Of a DNA stretch of 64,000 nucleotides, positions 42,926 through 56,539 are shown piece after piece; within the stretch, counting starts at the first letter, position 1; each line of letters opens with the position of its first letter. The stretch comes from Eledone cirrhosa (Eukaryota), in NCBI GenBank assembly GCA_964016885.1, contig OZ024740.1, positions 355,260,001-355,324,000 on the forward strand, read 5' to 3'. A program made the translations under genes and the position numbers. The notes under the pieces were generated by a model. It did not search any database and was not told the DNA's origin. It saw only the letters and a list, made by a program, of their open reading frames with translations.

Positions 42926-43573
42926 TTTTCTTCTGTATCTCTTTCTCATTCTCTATCTATGTCTCTTTTTCTAGAAGACATCGGCTGTGTTCTGACCTGG
43001 GAAGAGATAGGTTCCGCCAGGTTTAAAATGCCAGTCGGACCATTGGGAATATGAAAAAACTAACTACATGCAATGTCCAGTCTTTCTCTCCATCTCTCTC
43101 TCTTTCTCTCCCGCCTCTCTCTCCCTTTCTCTCTTGTCCCTCTCCTTTTCTCTCTCTCTTTCGCTCCCGCCCCTCTCTCTCTCTCTTTCTATCCCGCCTC
43201 TCTCTCTCTCTTTCTATCCCGCCTCTCTCTCTCTTTCTATCCCACCTCTCTCTCTCTTTTTCTCTCCCGCCTCTCTCCCTTTCTCTCTCCCCTCTCTCGC
43301 GCTCCCCTCTCTCCTATACCATGCCAATCACTCGCACTTCCCATACCTTTCATTCTTTGTCTTTTTTTTCTCACTTTCTCTCTCTCTCATTCTATCTGTT
43401 ATTCTTTCCCCCAAATCAATCTGTATACTTTGTTTATCTTTAATTTAAAACAAACGGCATTTCTATTGTATTTTTATTTATTTACATCAGCACAAGTCGA
43501 GAAATGTTGCTAGTAGTGAACACTCATGGATATGTTATATGAATAAGTACTTAACTCATACTTATTTTGTCAA

Positions 43574-43793
43574 CAATTGTTTCTACTTTAGGCACTAGGC
43601 CAGCAATTTGAAGGGGAAGGGAAAGTCAATTCAATCCACCCCAATGCTTACTGGTACTTTATTTAATCTACTCCGCAAGGATGAAAGGCAAAGCGAACCT
43701 CGGCGGGATTTGAACTCAGAACGTAAATGGCCATAACTCTATGCTGCAAAGCATGATGTCTGACGCTCTACCAATACTGCCAATCCACCGCCA
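43574..43793 (-). mobile_element. tRNA-derived SINE, longer variant
   Basis: Reverse complement of the family consensus. Confidence 0.85.
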
Positions 43794-44327
43794 AATGTGA
43801 CGGAAGAAATCGTCTTACAATTACAATGACCACTCTACTGTTATCACTTCCTCTTACTTTCAGCATTATTTTAACTTCTCTTAATAACACTTTTGTCTTA
43901 TACTATTACAACTTCATACTTCAGCTATCTTTCATTTCTTTCATTCTTTGTAGTTCATTTCTCTCACGCTTTCTATAACCCTCATTTTATCTCTTATTCT
44001 GTCAGTTAAACTTCTGTAGGCTTTTCATCCTAAACCGACGGTAGTCGGTTTAGTAATATTGTTGTCTTAGTGATTTCGTTGGCAATCGTCTCTTTACAGC
44101 ATTATTAGAATGTCTTCCGATTATCAAAATCACATGAAAGTTATATGAGCATGGAGAGTAAATCATTGCACATCTCTTAAGCTAAAAATCTCGAAATTTC
44201 GTTCAGCACAAAAAAAGTTATGATCAAAGTTTGCTGAAAAAAACTGTGTTCAAGTGAGTAAGTGAGTGAGTAAGGGTGACGCTCTGTGCATTTGATGCAT
44301 CTCTTGGGACCGGTCAGAGGAGGATAA

Positions 44328-44895
44328 GGGGTTATTCGGGGTGCGGCGCTTATTCGAACCCTCCCCCAGTGACTGCGATTATTCGGGGTGAGACGCTTAT
44401 TCGAACCCCCCCCCCCCGCTTATTCGAACCCTCCCCCCAGTGACTGCGATTATTCGGGGTGCGGCGCTTATTCGAACCCTCCCCCCAGTGACTGCGGTTA
44501 TTCGGGGTGCGGCGCTTATTCGAACCCTCCCCCCAGTGACTGCGATTATTCGGGGTGCGGCGCTTATTCGAACCCTCCCCCCAGTGACTGCGGTTATTCG
44601 GGGTGCGGCGCTTATTCGAACCCTCCCCCAGTGACTGCGATTATTCGGGGTGAGGCGCTTATTCGAACCCCCCCCCCCCCCCCACAGTGACTGCGGTTAT
44701 TCGGGGTGCGGCGCTTATTCGAACCCCCCCCCCACAGTGACTGCGATTATTCGGGGTGAGGCGCTTATTCGAACCCTCCCCCAGTGACTGCTGTTATTTG
44801 GGGTGAGGGTCTTATTCGAACCCCCCCTAGTGACTGCGGTTATTCGGGGTGCGGTGGTTATTTGAACCCCCCCCCCCCAGTGACTGCGGTTATTT
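44328..44895. repeat. GC-rich minisatellite, 47-48-bp unit, about 11 copies
   Basis: Unit ggggtgcggcgcttattcgaaccctccccccagtgactgcg(a/g)ttattc, no spacers. Confidence 0.95.
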
Positions 44896-45469
44896 TTTTG
44901 AATTTGAATTTTAAATGTTGATACAATGTGGCAGTAAACATTAATCATTGAGCTAATTAGGAGCTATTATGTTCTCCTATCTCGCGATAAGTGGTCACAC
45001 GTTGCAAACTAGTTGAGGTTGTCTTCTATTTATATTCAAATGAGTAATCACTCACTGCATTGTTCTCTTTCAAAGCAGTCGCTGATTGATATACTAGAAA
45101 TTCAGAAAATCATTTGGATTTGTACTAATAGTTGTGAATAGTTGTGCTATTTTTTGTACCGATAGGTGCGAGTAGTGAACTCATTTGCGATAGGTGCGAA
45201 TAGTGTGCTCATTTGACATATGAAAATGACGTCTCTCGGCTTTTTTATCGGCTTATTTATTTTGACTATTACAAATGAAAAATTTGTTTCCCTGCAAAAG
45301 TCTCGCCAAAATGGTCGCAAAAAAAATCGCAAAAGGTCACTTCATACGTTTCGCGGCTTTCGAAAAAAGTCACCATATACGTTTCGCGGCTTTTTGATCG
45401 GCTTATTACTTTTTTGCCTGGCGCGAAAATGCAATACAGTTGTTTTTGGACTATGAACACTCAAATGAT

Positions 45470-45805
45470 GAAATCGACAAAAATGGCGTGTGAGAAGAAA
45501 ATCAAAAAATTTGCATATGAAAAATCGACAAAAAATGGCGCGCGTGAAGAAAATACAAAAATCCAAAAAAAATTATCATGTGAAAAATTGACAAAAAATC
45601 GACAAAAATGGCGTGCGTGAAGAAAATCCAAAAATCCAAAAAAAAATTATCATGTGAAAAATTGACAAAAAATCGACAAAAATGGCGCGCGTGAAAAAAA
45701 ATCAAAAAAACCCAAAAAAATTTGCATGTGAAAAATTGACAAAAAATCGACCAAAAATGGCGCGCGTGAAAAAAATCCCAAAAAAATTTGCATGTGAAAA
45801 TTGAT
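45470..45805. repeat. Tandem repeat, about 60-75-bp unit
   Basis: Repeated catgtgaaaaattgacaaaaaatcgacaaaaatggcgcgcgtgaa. Confidence 0.85.
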
Positions 45806-46270
45806 ATTTGCCTTCTATTGCATTAGAATTTGTCATGTTTAATTAAAATGTTATTTTCAACTAAATGCAAATGGTGCAAATTTGCTCCATTTAGATTCAG
45901 TTGTTAATGCTCACCTACTAATTTAAAAAAATTGTATTTTCTTAAATGACTCTTATTTATCATAAGTTAATATTTTTAAGATAGGTGAGTGCTCCACGAT
46001 CTGACCTATGTCCCCGCCATGTGGAGTGGATGCTTGTACCAATTAGATAAAATATCTCAACTTATTTCTGTGACTCCAATGCACAGGCTGACACTGTAGC
46101 TTGAATTAAATTCAAAATTGGTACAAGTAACTAAGAGGTCACAAAAGAATAGCTTCACTTTCACCTATAGTTTTCATTAACATCATTTTTAGGATTTTTT
46201 GATAGAAGTAACTAAAGTAATAACTATTTAATTAAGTAGTTGTTGTTTGCATTGCCTTGAAAAATAGGAA

Positions 46271-47387
46271 ACTAGCTAGAAAAATGCGTACAGCAAAAAA
46301 AAGTAATATTGTTGGAACAAACCTTTAAAAATACAGGACAAGGAAGTAAGATAAACCTTTAAAAATACAGGACAAAGAACTAAGATAAAACTTTAAAAGA
46401 ATAGGACAAGGAATATAAATTTTTACAATAATATTAGTGGCAAAAATTTTATTGGAAAAATAGATAATTGATCAAATAAAAGTGATTTATTTGAGTAACA
46501 TGAAATTACTTAATGAGAAATATCAATACAATGAAATTGATCCCTGTCTTGTGTTCCTCCTCCAAGTCTGAGTTGTACCAACTGGTTCATTGGTTCATGA
46601 GGAAGTGGGCCAGGAAAAATGTAGGAAAAGTCATCATGGTTCATTTCTGTTCTTCCCTTCTACTCGAGCCCCCTCAGCGCCTGCATCCCCCAGCTACAAT
46701 GACTCCCAAATCAGCAGTCTGTTGCTCCTGCACCAACGCCTCCACCTCCTCCCCCCTCGTCGCCTGCTTCAACTTTCATCATTGCTGCGCCAACATGCCC
46801 AGTGCTGTCTGGAAGTGGTTCAACGAGTCCGGCGCCGGCTTCACCTGCTTCAAGTGCTCTCCCAGGAAGAAGCACTCTGCCCTATCCACCTGCCCTTCTA
46901 CCACTGCCCATGAAGCCAGTCCGGAACCGTCAACCGTGCCTCAAAGTGTCATCGAGGACCAGCAGGATTCCGAGTCGAACACGGGCCCATTCACCTTGGT
47001 CACTCGCCGTCATCGTCCCAGAGTCAAGACCCGTACCCCTCCCTCTCCCCCTCCAGTTCCTGCTCCGACCCAGTCCGAGTTGCGCCGGGTCATCCGCGAG
47101 GAGTTGGACCGGGAAAGATGACAGACAAGTGATCATGGTTGGAGTGGATGCATGCGGAACATCATAGTTGTAATTGGTGTAATGATGGAAACTCAATTTT
47201 TTACCAATTGAATTTTGCCACTAATATTATTGTAAAAATTTATATTCCTTGTCCTATTCTTTTAAAGTTTTATCTTAGTTCTTTGTCCTGTATTTTTAAA
47301 GGTTTATCTTACTTCCTTGTCCTGTATTTTTAAAGGTTTGTTCCAACAATATTACTTTTTTTTGCTGTACGCATTTTTCTAGCTAGT
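46271..47387. repeat. Perfect 175-bp inverted repeats enclosing a GC-rich PHD-like ORF fragment
   Basis: 46271-46445 is the reverse complement of 47213-47387. The internal 46699-47121 reads CCSC..CFNFHHCC..W..F..CFKC, resembling a LINE ORF1 PHD. Confidence 0.8.
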
Positions 47388-47510
47388 ATATGAATTACAC
47401 TAAATATGAGTTACACTATATATGAATTACACTATATATGAATTACACTATATATGAATTACACTATATATGAATTACACTATAGTGATAGCTATATAGA
47501 ATTACACTCA
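47388..47510. repeat. 16-bp tandem repeat (tatatgaattacacta), 6-7 copies
   Basis: Direct reading. Confidence 0.9.
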
Positions 47511-48822
47511 CTGTTCATGTTTATATATCTTTCTTTGCACATATTTGCGTCCATCCTTTACCTTGCATTTACTTCGCTACTCAAAGCTGCATTGCTTTAG
47601 ATTCACATTAACTGAAAATTGCTTTTTTATTAATAAGTTTTTCCATCAATAATTCTATGGAAACTATGCCCCGTCACACAACGTACTCTGCTACTAAACG
47701 CGAACTATAGGGGTACCAGAAAAAGATAAGCAGAAACAGTGTAACTCTTGACTAAATATATGCAAGATACAGACCTGCCGACCTCTAAAGACCTAAACGG
47801 AGAGTACCATGAAAAAATGTGCCCCCAAATGGGGAGAAATTAGGCGAAATGGGGAGATTTTACATAATGAAAGCTGTACCCATTTTCACAAGAGAAGACA
47901 TATCTCACCCACCCCAAAGTGGGTGGGAGATCTGCTCGTCAAACGGGGAGAGATGACAGGTCAGAAGATACTAAAGAGTCGGAAGCCACACAAATGTCTT
48001 CATTCATGACCATAATGTGTTGCATTTAGAGGGTTGCCATATAATCTTTAGAATTCGTGCGGCTATGATGGTTACAGATCTACTGTTATCAAGTGGGGAT
48101 TCATAGCAATTTTTAATGTAATTTCTTTATTGTTTCAATTATAGCTCCTGGCCAATTATCATATTAGGATGTGTGTGTTGCCTCTGGGTATTCCGATTTC
48201 CACACGTTGATGTTTTACTTTCTGACACTCCAGTTTCTACTAATTTTAAAAGTTCTTTTAAGAATCAACGTATTTTTAGAGCGATGTAAAATATTATGTT
48301 CAATAATAGTATAAAATTAATTAAAACCTTTTTCACTTTAATTTAATAACAATTAATTATATGACATTTAGAAATTTGAATTATGAATTATATTATTTAT
48401 ATTATGTATATGTCTGTAGTACAATACAGTAGGCAAGAGCATGGGATAAACATTCTTGGAAAAAAAATTATTTCTTACATGAAGATAACCTTTCAAGAGA
48501 AATACAATAGTATTCTTGTAAACCAAATATGCCATGATTAAGAACAATTCTGGTACGTTTATAGTTATTTTTCAACCTAGGTAACTAATATTTTGCTAGC
48601 ATTTGATATGGTATGATATAAATTGCTTGGATTTTAAATGAATGTGTTATAAACTTAAATAATATATTGACAAACACGACATAAGATCATTCGATTCCCG
48701 TGGACGGTTCTGTTCAATTGTTCCACCCTATGTCATGCTTATAAATGTATAATTCAAATTAATATATAAATGTTTTGATCATATGGCTACTATAGAATAT
48801 CACTTGTGTGTGTGTGTGTATA

Positions 48823-48962
<140 letters not shown>

Positions 48963-49029
48963 TATCATTGTATTCAGTTGTTTACATTAAAAGTTTGAAA
49001 TCAGAATGCACAGAAATGAAATTTAATGT

Positions 49030-50985
49030 GCTCAACCGTATCGGATACTGAATCCAATGAACACACACACACAATTATTTTCAAACCAATCTAGTGCAAG
49101 TCGAAGATCATCTTCTGTCGAGTTAAGTAACACCAAGTCGTCTGCAAATTCCAGGCGACTGATTTTACACCCACCAGTCACGATACCATTTCTAACCTGG
49201 TTGCGCAAGTCAATCCTGTTCATGTAAATAATGAACAGAAGAGGTGACAGTACGCACCCTTAGCGGAGTCCGACTCCCACATTCAATGGTTTCGACTTAG
49301 CACCATTTATCAAAACACAAATACTCGGGAATTCGTATAGACATCAGGGCAGCAAGAAGCTGACCATCGATCCCATACTCCTGCAGAACCTTCCACAGCA
49401 GGTCCCAAGGAACGCAGTCATATGCCTTATCAAGGTCAACAAAACAAGAATATTCTTCTTGGCAATACTCCCACGATTTCTCGAAGACCAGCTGCATTAT
49501 GAATAACAGTGTGCAACACGATTTTTGTCCTTGGGTAGCAACCATTATTTTCTTTTTTTTTTATACCTGAAAAGTATGGAAAATGGCTATTTCCTTAAAA
49601 CTTTGCTTTTATGGCCATGCTAATGATTTATCTAGGTTTACCTAATCCCATCGGGAAAACTACCAAATGTGAACATTCTCGTTCAAGCAAAGTTGGAATA
49701 AAATAATATATGATTTAAAAAGTAGCATCTATTTATTCTAGGATTATACAAAAAACTGAGTGGTTTGGGGGATTTACGCTTAAGCTGCAAATTACTTTCA
49801 CGAATCAGCCTCCGTATATAGTCTCCCACCATGTATATAGTCTCCCTCCGTATATAGTCTCCCAACCCTTGGTTGCAACGTTCAAAGTCAAGTATATCCT
49901 GGTGGAAGCGCTCGCCTTGCTCTTCAGAGTATACTTCCATGTCCCCCTTGAATTTATCAAGATGAGCGTCAAGGATATGTACTTTGAGAGACACCCTGAA
50001 ACCCATTTTGCCGAAGTTCTTCACCAGGGTCTGAACAAGCTCCACATAATTTTCGGTTTTGTGATTCCCCAGGAAGCCCCGAACCACTGCAACAAAGCTG
50101 GTCCACGCTGACTCCTCTACCTTAGTGAGCTTCTTGGGGAATTCCTTGCACTTCATGATCTTCCTTATTTGTGGTCCGACGAAGACACTGGTTTTCACAT
50201 TTGCCTCAGACAGCTTAGGAAAGAAATCTCGAAGATACTTGAAGTCTCCCAACTCCTTATCTAGAGCTGTCATAAGCTGTTTCATAAGGCCCAATTTTAA
50301 GGGAAGTGGTGGGAACAATACCTTCGGGAGATCAACCAGTGGCTGTACAAGTCACAAAAGCAAAGTTAGAGGAGAATAATAATCTTTGCCTGTGCTTTCT
50401 AGGCAGAAGAAAGCAGGAAATAGCACTTATTGACAAAAGAAAAAAAAGTAACATTTTCGTTACATAGTGTAATTGGTCGGCTGTGCTGCGTCCGAGGCGA
50501 AAACCATATTGTTCATCAGCTAGCTTGGACTCGACAATCCCCTGCATCTCTTTGCCAGACACTTAGCATAGACTTTACCAAGAGAGGGCGGGTCTTAACA
50601 AGGAGATTCCTCTGTAATTGGAACAATCTCTCCTGTCTCCCTTTTGGAAATTGGGATTATCACTCCTGATTGTCATGGCTTAGGTGCCTTTCTAGAGATC
50701 AAAGTCACCCGACACAAACGAGTTAGCCAGAGAATACCTTCCTTATTTAAGGCTTTTAAAATTACGGAACAGATTTCATCTTTTCCAGCGGCTTGCTACA
50801 TTTGAGCTCTTTAACTGCTCTTGTGACCTCAGTCTCTGAGAGATTCGTCACTGCTCCCAGATGCACTTCGTGTCCATTCGAAGATGCTGTTGTGATCGGG
50901 TTTAGGATATCAGCAAAGTATTCTCTTCACCTTGCGAGGTCGTACCTCTCTGAAGAAAGGAGAACCCTGGACGCGTTCTATTATG
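49030..50985 (-). pseudogene. Decayed RTE LINE RT fragment interrupted by a DNA transposon
   Basis: EQYGFRLGRSTADQL|FIMQLVFEK, FVDLDKAYD, LEFADDL; same family as 60100-62600. Confidence 0.8.
49507..50469 (-). mobile_element. Internally deleted Chapaev3-like (CMC) DNA transposon
   Basis: Transposase remnant 49683-50318 reads PPLPLKLGLMKQ, FPKLSEA..FVGPQIR and SLKVHILDAHLD..SEEQGERFHQDI. Imperfect TIRs cagtgtgcaac / gttacatagtg; TAA TSD at 49504-49506 and 50470-50472. Confidence 0.8.
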
Positions 50986-51461
50986 AACACCTTTTCCAGT
51001 ACAGAGACTTCCCTGAAGAATTCAGAGAATTCCCTGAAGAAAACCGAGGATGGAAAGACGGCGTGATGAGGGATTGCTCACGGCACGCTGTATGTCACGA
51101 CGGCACCGCTACGACTCCACCAAGAGTTACAAACCCATACATGCGTTAGCTTGATTACAGATTCTAATTGAAGAAACGTTGACGTTTGGAATTTGGGATA
51201 AAAAATATATAAACAAAAGTAAAAACCCACAAGAAAAAAAACACAAGTATGAAATTTGAATTGCATCATCTTTATAAGGGTCCAACATAAAACAATCGTC
51301 TCATGAGGCGCAAAATTACAGAGGAAAGATTGTATGCAACACTGTTTTATTTTCTACCATTTTTTATTTATCGTGTCATATTTAGATGTCATCAACAACG
51401 TCACTGACCCATTTTCAGAAACGGCACAAACAAAGAGGCAAGTTTAGTTTTTATATATATA

Positions 51462-52533
51462 CTAGCAGAGGTACCGGGCGTTGCTCGGATATTAAATAGC
51501 AGTTGTGTATACCATTTATGTCAATACTTCAGTGCTGCTTCGAAAACTATACTTTTACAAAATCATCGGCTTTTTCCAAAAAGGGGTTCCTGCCTCCAGG
51601 GGTCCCCTACCCAATATGTGCCAATTCTGAGAGTTCACATTCATCTGTAGGACAAACGTAACCCATGTGTCAAGTTTTGTGAAAATCGGTTGCGAACTCC
51701 AGAAGTTATGACGTTTTGTTGCATTGCACTGCAGTGCTTCAGTCGACTCCAAGGAAGTGGTTAAAGTGGTTAAAGGAGTTATCTGCCGGGGGGCCCTATA
51801 ATCAATATCTGGGAAAATGACAGTGCCCATGACCATCCGGAGTACATAAGTAACCTATGTCTTAAGTTTGGTGAAAATACTGTAGAAATGCATAAGGTTT
51901 ATACATACGCGCGTGCCTTCGTGTGTGTGGGGTGGGGGTGGGGGTATGTATTTGTGTGTGCATATGTATATGTATGTCCGTCGGGGCATACGTATGTACT
52001 GGCCTAAATCTTCACTATTTACTTTTACTATTTTAATAACCTCTGTCATTTTCGTTTTCAATTTTATTTACATCATTCTTAAACTCCGGGGCTGGAAATC
52101 ATTCTGTTATTTTAAATAGAATATTAGTCTAACGACTCCATTTATACCATAAACTTGGTCTTGTCTTTGCATGAAATTGTTCTTCACGCTCCACATAACG
52201 ACGTATTATCCTCGCTTTTTTCCCGTTCATTGCCAGGGAACGTCTTCACGAACCAAAATATCGTCTTCCTGTTTTGGTTCGGTTGCAATGTTTCTCGAAA
52301 TATTTACTTCTACGTTCACAGATTACTGTCAGTTCAATTTGAATGGGAAATTCTTGTTTCATCGATTTTCTCCGTAACCATGGAAGCTTGTAGCTTGAAA
52401 GTCGACCCAACGCTTCCTCGGGCCATTCTGCATAACTGTGTAAATTTTCGCTGCATTCCACCAAGCCGTTTCGACGTTTATCCGACTACACCTACATATA
52501 CAGCGTCCGACCACTTCCAATTTATATAGTAGA
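51462..52533 (-). mobile_element. Non-autonomous Helitron, copy 1
   Basis: Minus-strand 5' TCTACTATATAA; 3' hairpin ccgagcaacgcccgg followed by CTAG; A/T insertion site with no TSD. Confidence 0.85.
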
Positions 52534-53590
52534 CTAGCAGAGGTACCGGGCGTTGCTCGGGTATTAAATAGCAGTTGTGTATACCATTTATGTCAATACT
52601 TCAGTGCTGCTTCGAAAACTACACTTTTACAAAATCATCGGCTTTTTCCAAAAGGGGGTTCCTGCCCCCAGGGGTCCCCTACCCAATATGTGCCAATTCT
52701 GAGAGTTCACATTCATCTGTAGGACAAACGTAGCCCATGTGTCAAGTTTTGTGAAAATCGGTTGCGAACTCCAGAAGTTATGACGTTTTGTTGCATTGCA
52801 CTGCAGTGCTTCAGTCGACTCCAAGGAAGTGGTTAAAGGGGTTATCTGCCGAGTAGGCCTATAATCAATATCTGGAAAAATGACAGTGCCCATGACCATC
52901 CGGAGTACATAAGTAACCTGTCTTAAGTTTGGTGAAAATACTGTAGAAATGCATAAGGTTTATGCATACGCGCGTGCGTTCGTGTGTGTGTGTGTTTGTT
53001 TGTGAGTGTGGGGGTGGGGGTGTTTGTATTTTTTGTGTGTGTGTATGTATGTCCGTCGGGGCATACGTATGTACTGGCCTAAATCTTCACTATTTACTTT
53101 TACTATTTTAATAACCTCTGTCATTTTCGTTTTCAATTTTATTTACATCATTCTTAAACTCCGGGGCTGGAAATCATTCTGTTATTTTAAATAGAATATT
53201 AACGACTCCATTTACACCATAAACTTGGTCTTGTCTTTGCATGAAATTGTTCTTCACGCTCCACATAACGACGTATTATCCTCGCTTTTTTCCCGTTCAT
53301 TGCCATGGAACGTCTTCACGAACCAAAATATCGTCTTCCTGTTTTCGTTCGGTTGCAACGTCTCTCGAAATAATTACTTCTGCGTTCACAGATTACGCTC
53401 AGTTCAATTTGAATGGGAAATTCCTGTTTCATCGATTTTCTCCGTAACCATGGAAGATTGTAGCTTGAAAGTCGACCCAACGACTCCTCGGATCATTCTG
53501 CATAACTGTGCATTCCACCAAGCCGTTTCGACGTTTATCCGACTACACCTACATATACAACGTCCGACCACTTCCAATTTATATAGTAGA
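52534..53590 (-). mobile_element. Non-autonomous Helitron, copy 2 (head-to-tail)
   Basis: Slightly diverged direct repeat of copy 1 with the same termini. Confidence 0.85.
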
Positions 53591-54145
53591 TTTGTTTATA
53601 TATGAATGACAAAAAGAAAAGTACAAAACTATACATGAATTGTTTCTACTAAACCTTCAATTTAAGACACAACCTACATATTTGATAGGACTCCAGCTCA
53701 CACCTTCTTCTTCTTCTTTTGCTCTCCCTGGAACATTGGGCTGCGAGCCACCCCCACACAACGCCATGTTCTGAGTCTGCTTTTCAACTCCACCGTGATG
53801 CACGGTGCGTCATGGTGTATCTAACCATTTTTTTAGGTCTTACTATGGCTGATTTCTTCCAGAGAGAAAGAAAGATGGCAAAAGGAAGAGAAGATTCATC
53901 CCCGGAGGAATAATAAAAAAATGTTTACACTGCACATTTCAATTTTCAAAGCTAAAGCTGCCGATCCAAAATCAGTAATTCAACTCCCTGAAAACTTTCA
54001 AATATATGCTGTTCTAGCATGAATATTATGCTAAAGGGCAGCTGTCCACAAAGTAAGATTTACTTGCATATACCCGCTCATATAAACACATAAATACATG
54101 CAGACATACATTACAGTTGATATTTTTTTTAATTAAAGCGTTTTC

Positions 54146-54221
<76 letters not shown>

Positions 54222-54816
54222 CGAAACAAGTCAATTGCATGAACTCATAATCCTTTATTTACTGCTTTATTTGTATGAAATTTGTAAATAAGACAATGAA
54301 TATTGAAAGCGACTACGGAAAAAGGGGGAAATAACTCACCTAACGCGATAGTAAATAGACCGTTTGGGGTCCCTAGGGACCACATTTTTCAAGTTAGAAA
54401 TTTGATACCTCGTCTATTTGCTTCCTTGGCACTTTTTACATAGGTGTGTAAATTTTCATGTCCGTCCGACCACGTCTACTACCATTTAACCGTGCACAAC
54501 TGAATTTCAACCACCATCCATTTCACAAATATATATTAGATATACTAGAATGTTTTCCATACTCTGATGCGCATGTGTATATGTGCGTGCGTGAGTTCAT
54601 GTGCATATGCATACATTTATATGTATGAGTATATAAATATAAACACGCAAACACAGACACACTTACAAAAATACACACTCACGCGCGAGCAGACACACAC
54701 ATATATATATTAATGTATTTGAATTTTATTACGCACAGAAATATTTTGAACGATTTATTTTAACAATAGCAAAGTCAAAACAATTATTAAGCAACAGTCA
54801 AGAGAATTTCAAAAAA

Positions 54817-55076
54817 TTATAGCATGAAATTAGTTGCGGCTTTTTTGCATTTACTTCTAAAATAATGGGTGACCACATTGTTGAGTTTCAAATTCTCTAG
54901 TTCAGCATCAGAGATTCTTGAAAATCTTTCACCGTCTACCTTCTTTCTTCGGAGTGTATCTAATAAATGTTGACTCACATTGAAACAGGAGAAAAATTGA
55001 CACATCTCATCTACACTGAATTCGGCAATGTTACCGCTGGCCGGAATCTGGAAGACTTTTGGCTCGTCACTTGAAT
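54817..55076 (-). CDS. Last coding exon of a host gene, SAM-like C-terminal domain
   Basis: Acceptor atttttag; reads (D)SSDEPKVFQIPASGNIAEFSVDEMCQFFSCFNVSQHLLDTLRRKKVDGERFSRISDAELENLKL..NFML*. The F-S-V-D-E / VDG..F..I...EL..L pattern is SAM-like. AATAAA lies downstream at about 54725. Confidence 0.75.
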
Positions 55077-55972
55077 CTAAAAATATTCAGTATATGTATT
55101 AGCATCAATATATATATATATAAATGAAGAACATGTCAACATCATTGGCTGCCATCGAGTCGCAGGTTTTATATCAGAGGTTTCCTTCTCCTAGAATGAT
55201 GTCTTAACAACAACAAGGTGTCTCTCACTCTCCATTGATACTTAAACATGAGCATCAAGGACGTGCTAGAGACTTGCCTATGGTCAACAATACCATGCAT
55301 CGTAAATATGCTTGAAGCATTTTAAGTGAGGAAAGGTTTTGCACGGGGCTACTCCCATTCTCTGAAAATCGAATGCATTGGATGCAAACGAAGTCGCAGG
55401 TTTTATATCAGAGTGACCTTCTCCTAGAGAAATATTTTAATGAAAACTAGGAAAAACAAAACAAAACAAAGACCTTCATTGAATGAGCGTTGACTCTCCT
55501 GAGTTCCTCCACCCTTTGACGGGTTTTGTTTTTCATCCCGCTGGGTATCCAAATTCACCCTCTTCACCCAGCAAGCTAGGTGGGGTTGCCGGTTTAGTCA
55601 CCGACGATCCGACCATGCACAGGTTGTATAGGGTTACATGTTACTCGTAGCGCTGAAGAGCGACCTGACAAACATACATGCATCTGTTCATGCGTGTATA
55701 CGTGTCTACGAGTATGTGAGTGTATTTTTGTAAATGTAAAAGTAAATACACTTAAACATTAGAATTGTGATGTTGAGACACCTTTTTGTTTCATAGAATA
55801 AACACTCGACAAAATTATCTACATTGATTTCTAACACAGACACAAGGCCACGAATTTAAGTGAAGAGTTTACTCGATAAAAATCTACCCTTAATTGACAT
55901 CAACTTAACAACAATGATGTGCTTTGATGCTACAATTTCCCAAAATTTTCAATTATGTAAAAAGTAAATTAC

Positions 55973-56043
55973 CTGAATTTTTCTTCTTCAGCATCCCTGT
56001 TATATTCATTTTCTGAAGTAAAGTCCCCTTTTTCTTAGATTCA
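55973..56043 (-). CDS. Penultimate exon of the same host gene
   Basis: cccttgcag|...ttcag|gtaa; reads ESKKKGTLLQKMNITGMLKKKNS; its phase joins the last exon exactly (G|AT = Asp). Confidence 0.7.
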
Positions 56044-56539
56044 CTGCAAGGGAATTTGGATTTGATTTTTTTTTTACTTATGCTATATAATCTGTTTTGG
56101 TAAAAGGAAATGATATGGTATGACCAGCATACTTTTTAAAAATACATGTATGTATGTAGGGACTCATAACTCCCGGTATAGTCATAGAGGCACTGTAGTG
56201 TCCTGTCGTTTTATTCCAGAGAGAGAGAGTGTGTGTGCGCGCGCGCGCGCGCGTGTGTGTGTGTGGTAGAGAGAAAGAGAAATAAAGGAAGAATCAATCT
56301 CAGTACTCAACACGTACTTCATTTATCAACTTCGAAAAGATAAAAGTCAAAATTGACCATGGCGGGATTTGAGCTCAAAATTGACCATGGCGGGATTTGA
56401 GCTCAGAGAACAGAGAACCGGGACGAATACTTCTGCAAAACATTATATCTGGCTTTCTAACGACTCTGCTAATTGTCCTCCAGCTTCTCCCTTACAGACA
56501 CGCACACGCACGCGTAATAGTGCCTATAAAGCAGACAGT

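Noticed and set aside
43080-43400. Ser/Leu/Pro-rich ORFs
   Set aside because: (CT)n polypyrimidine low-complexity tract.
44328-44895. CRISPR-like array or repeat protein (AYSNPPPSDCDYSGCG)
   Set aside because: No unique spacers or cas genes, eukaryotic context, and variable C-run lengths break the frame.
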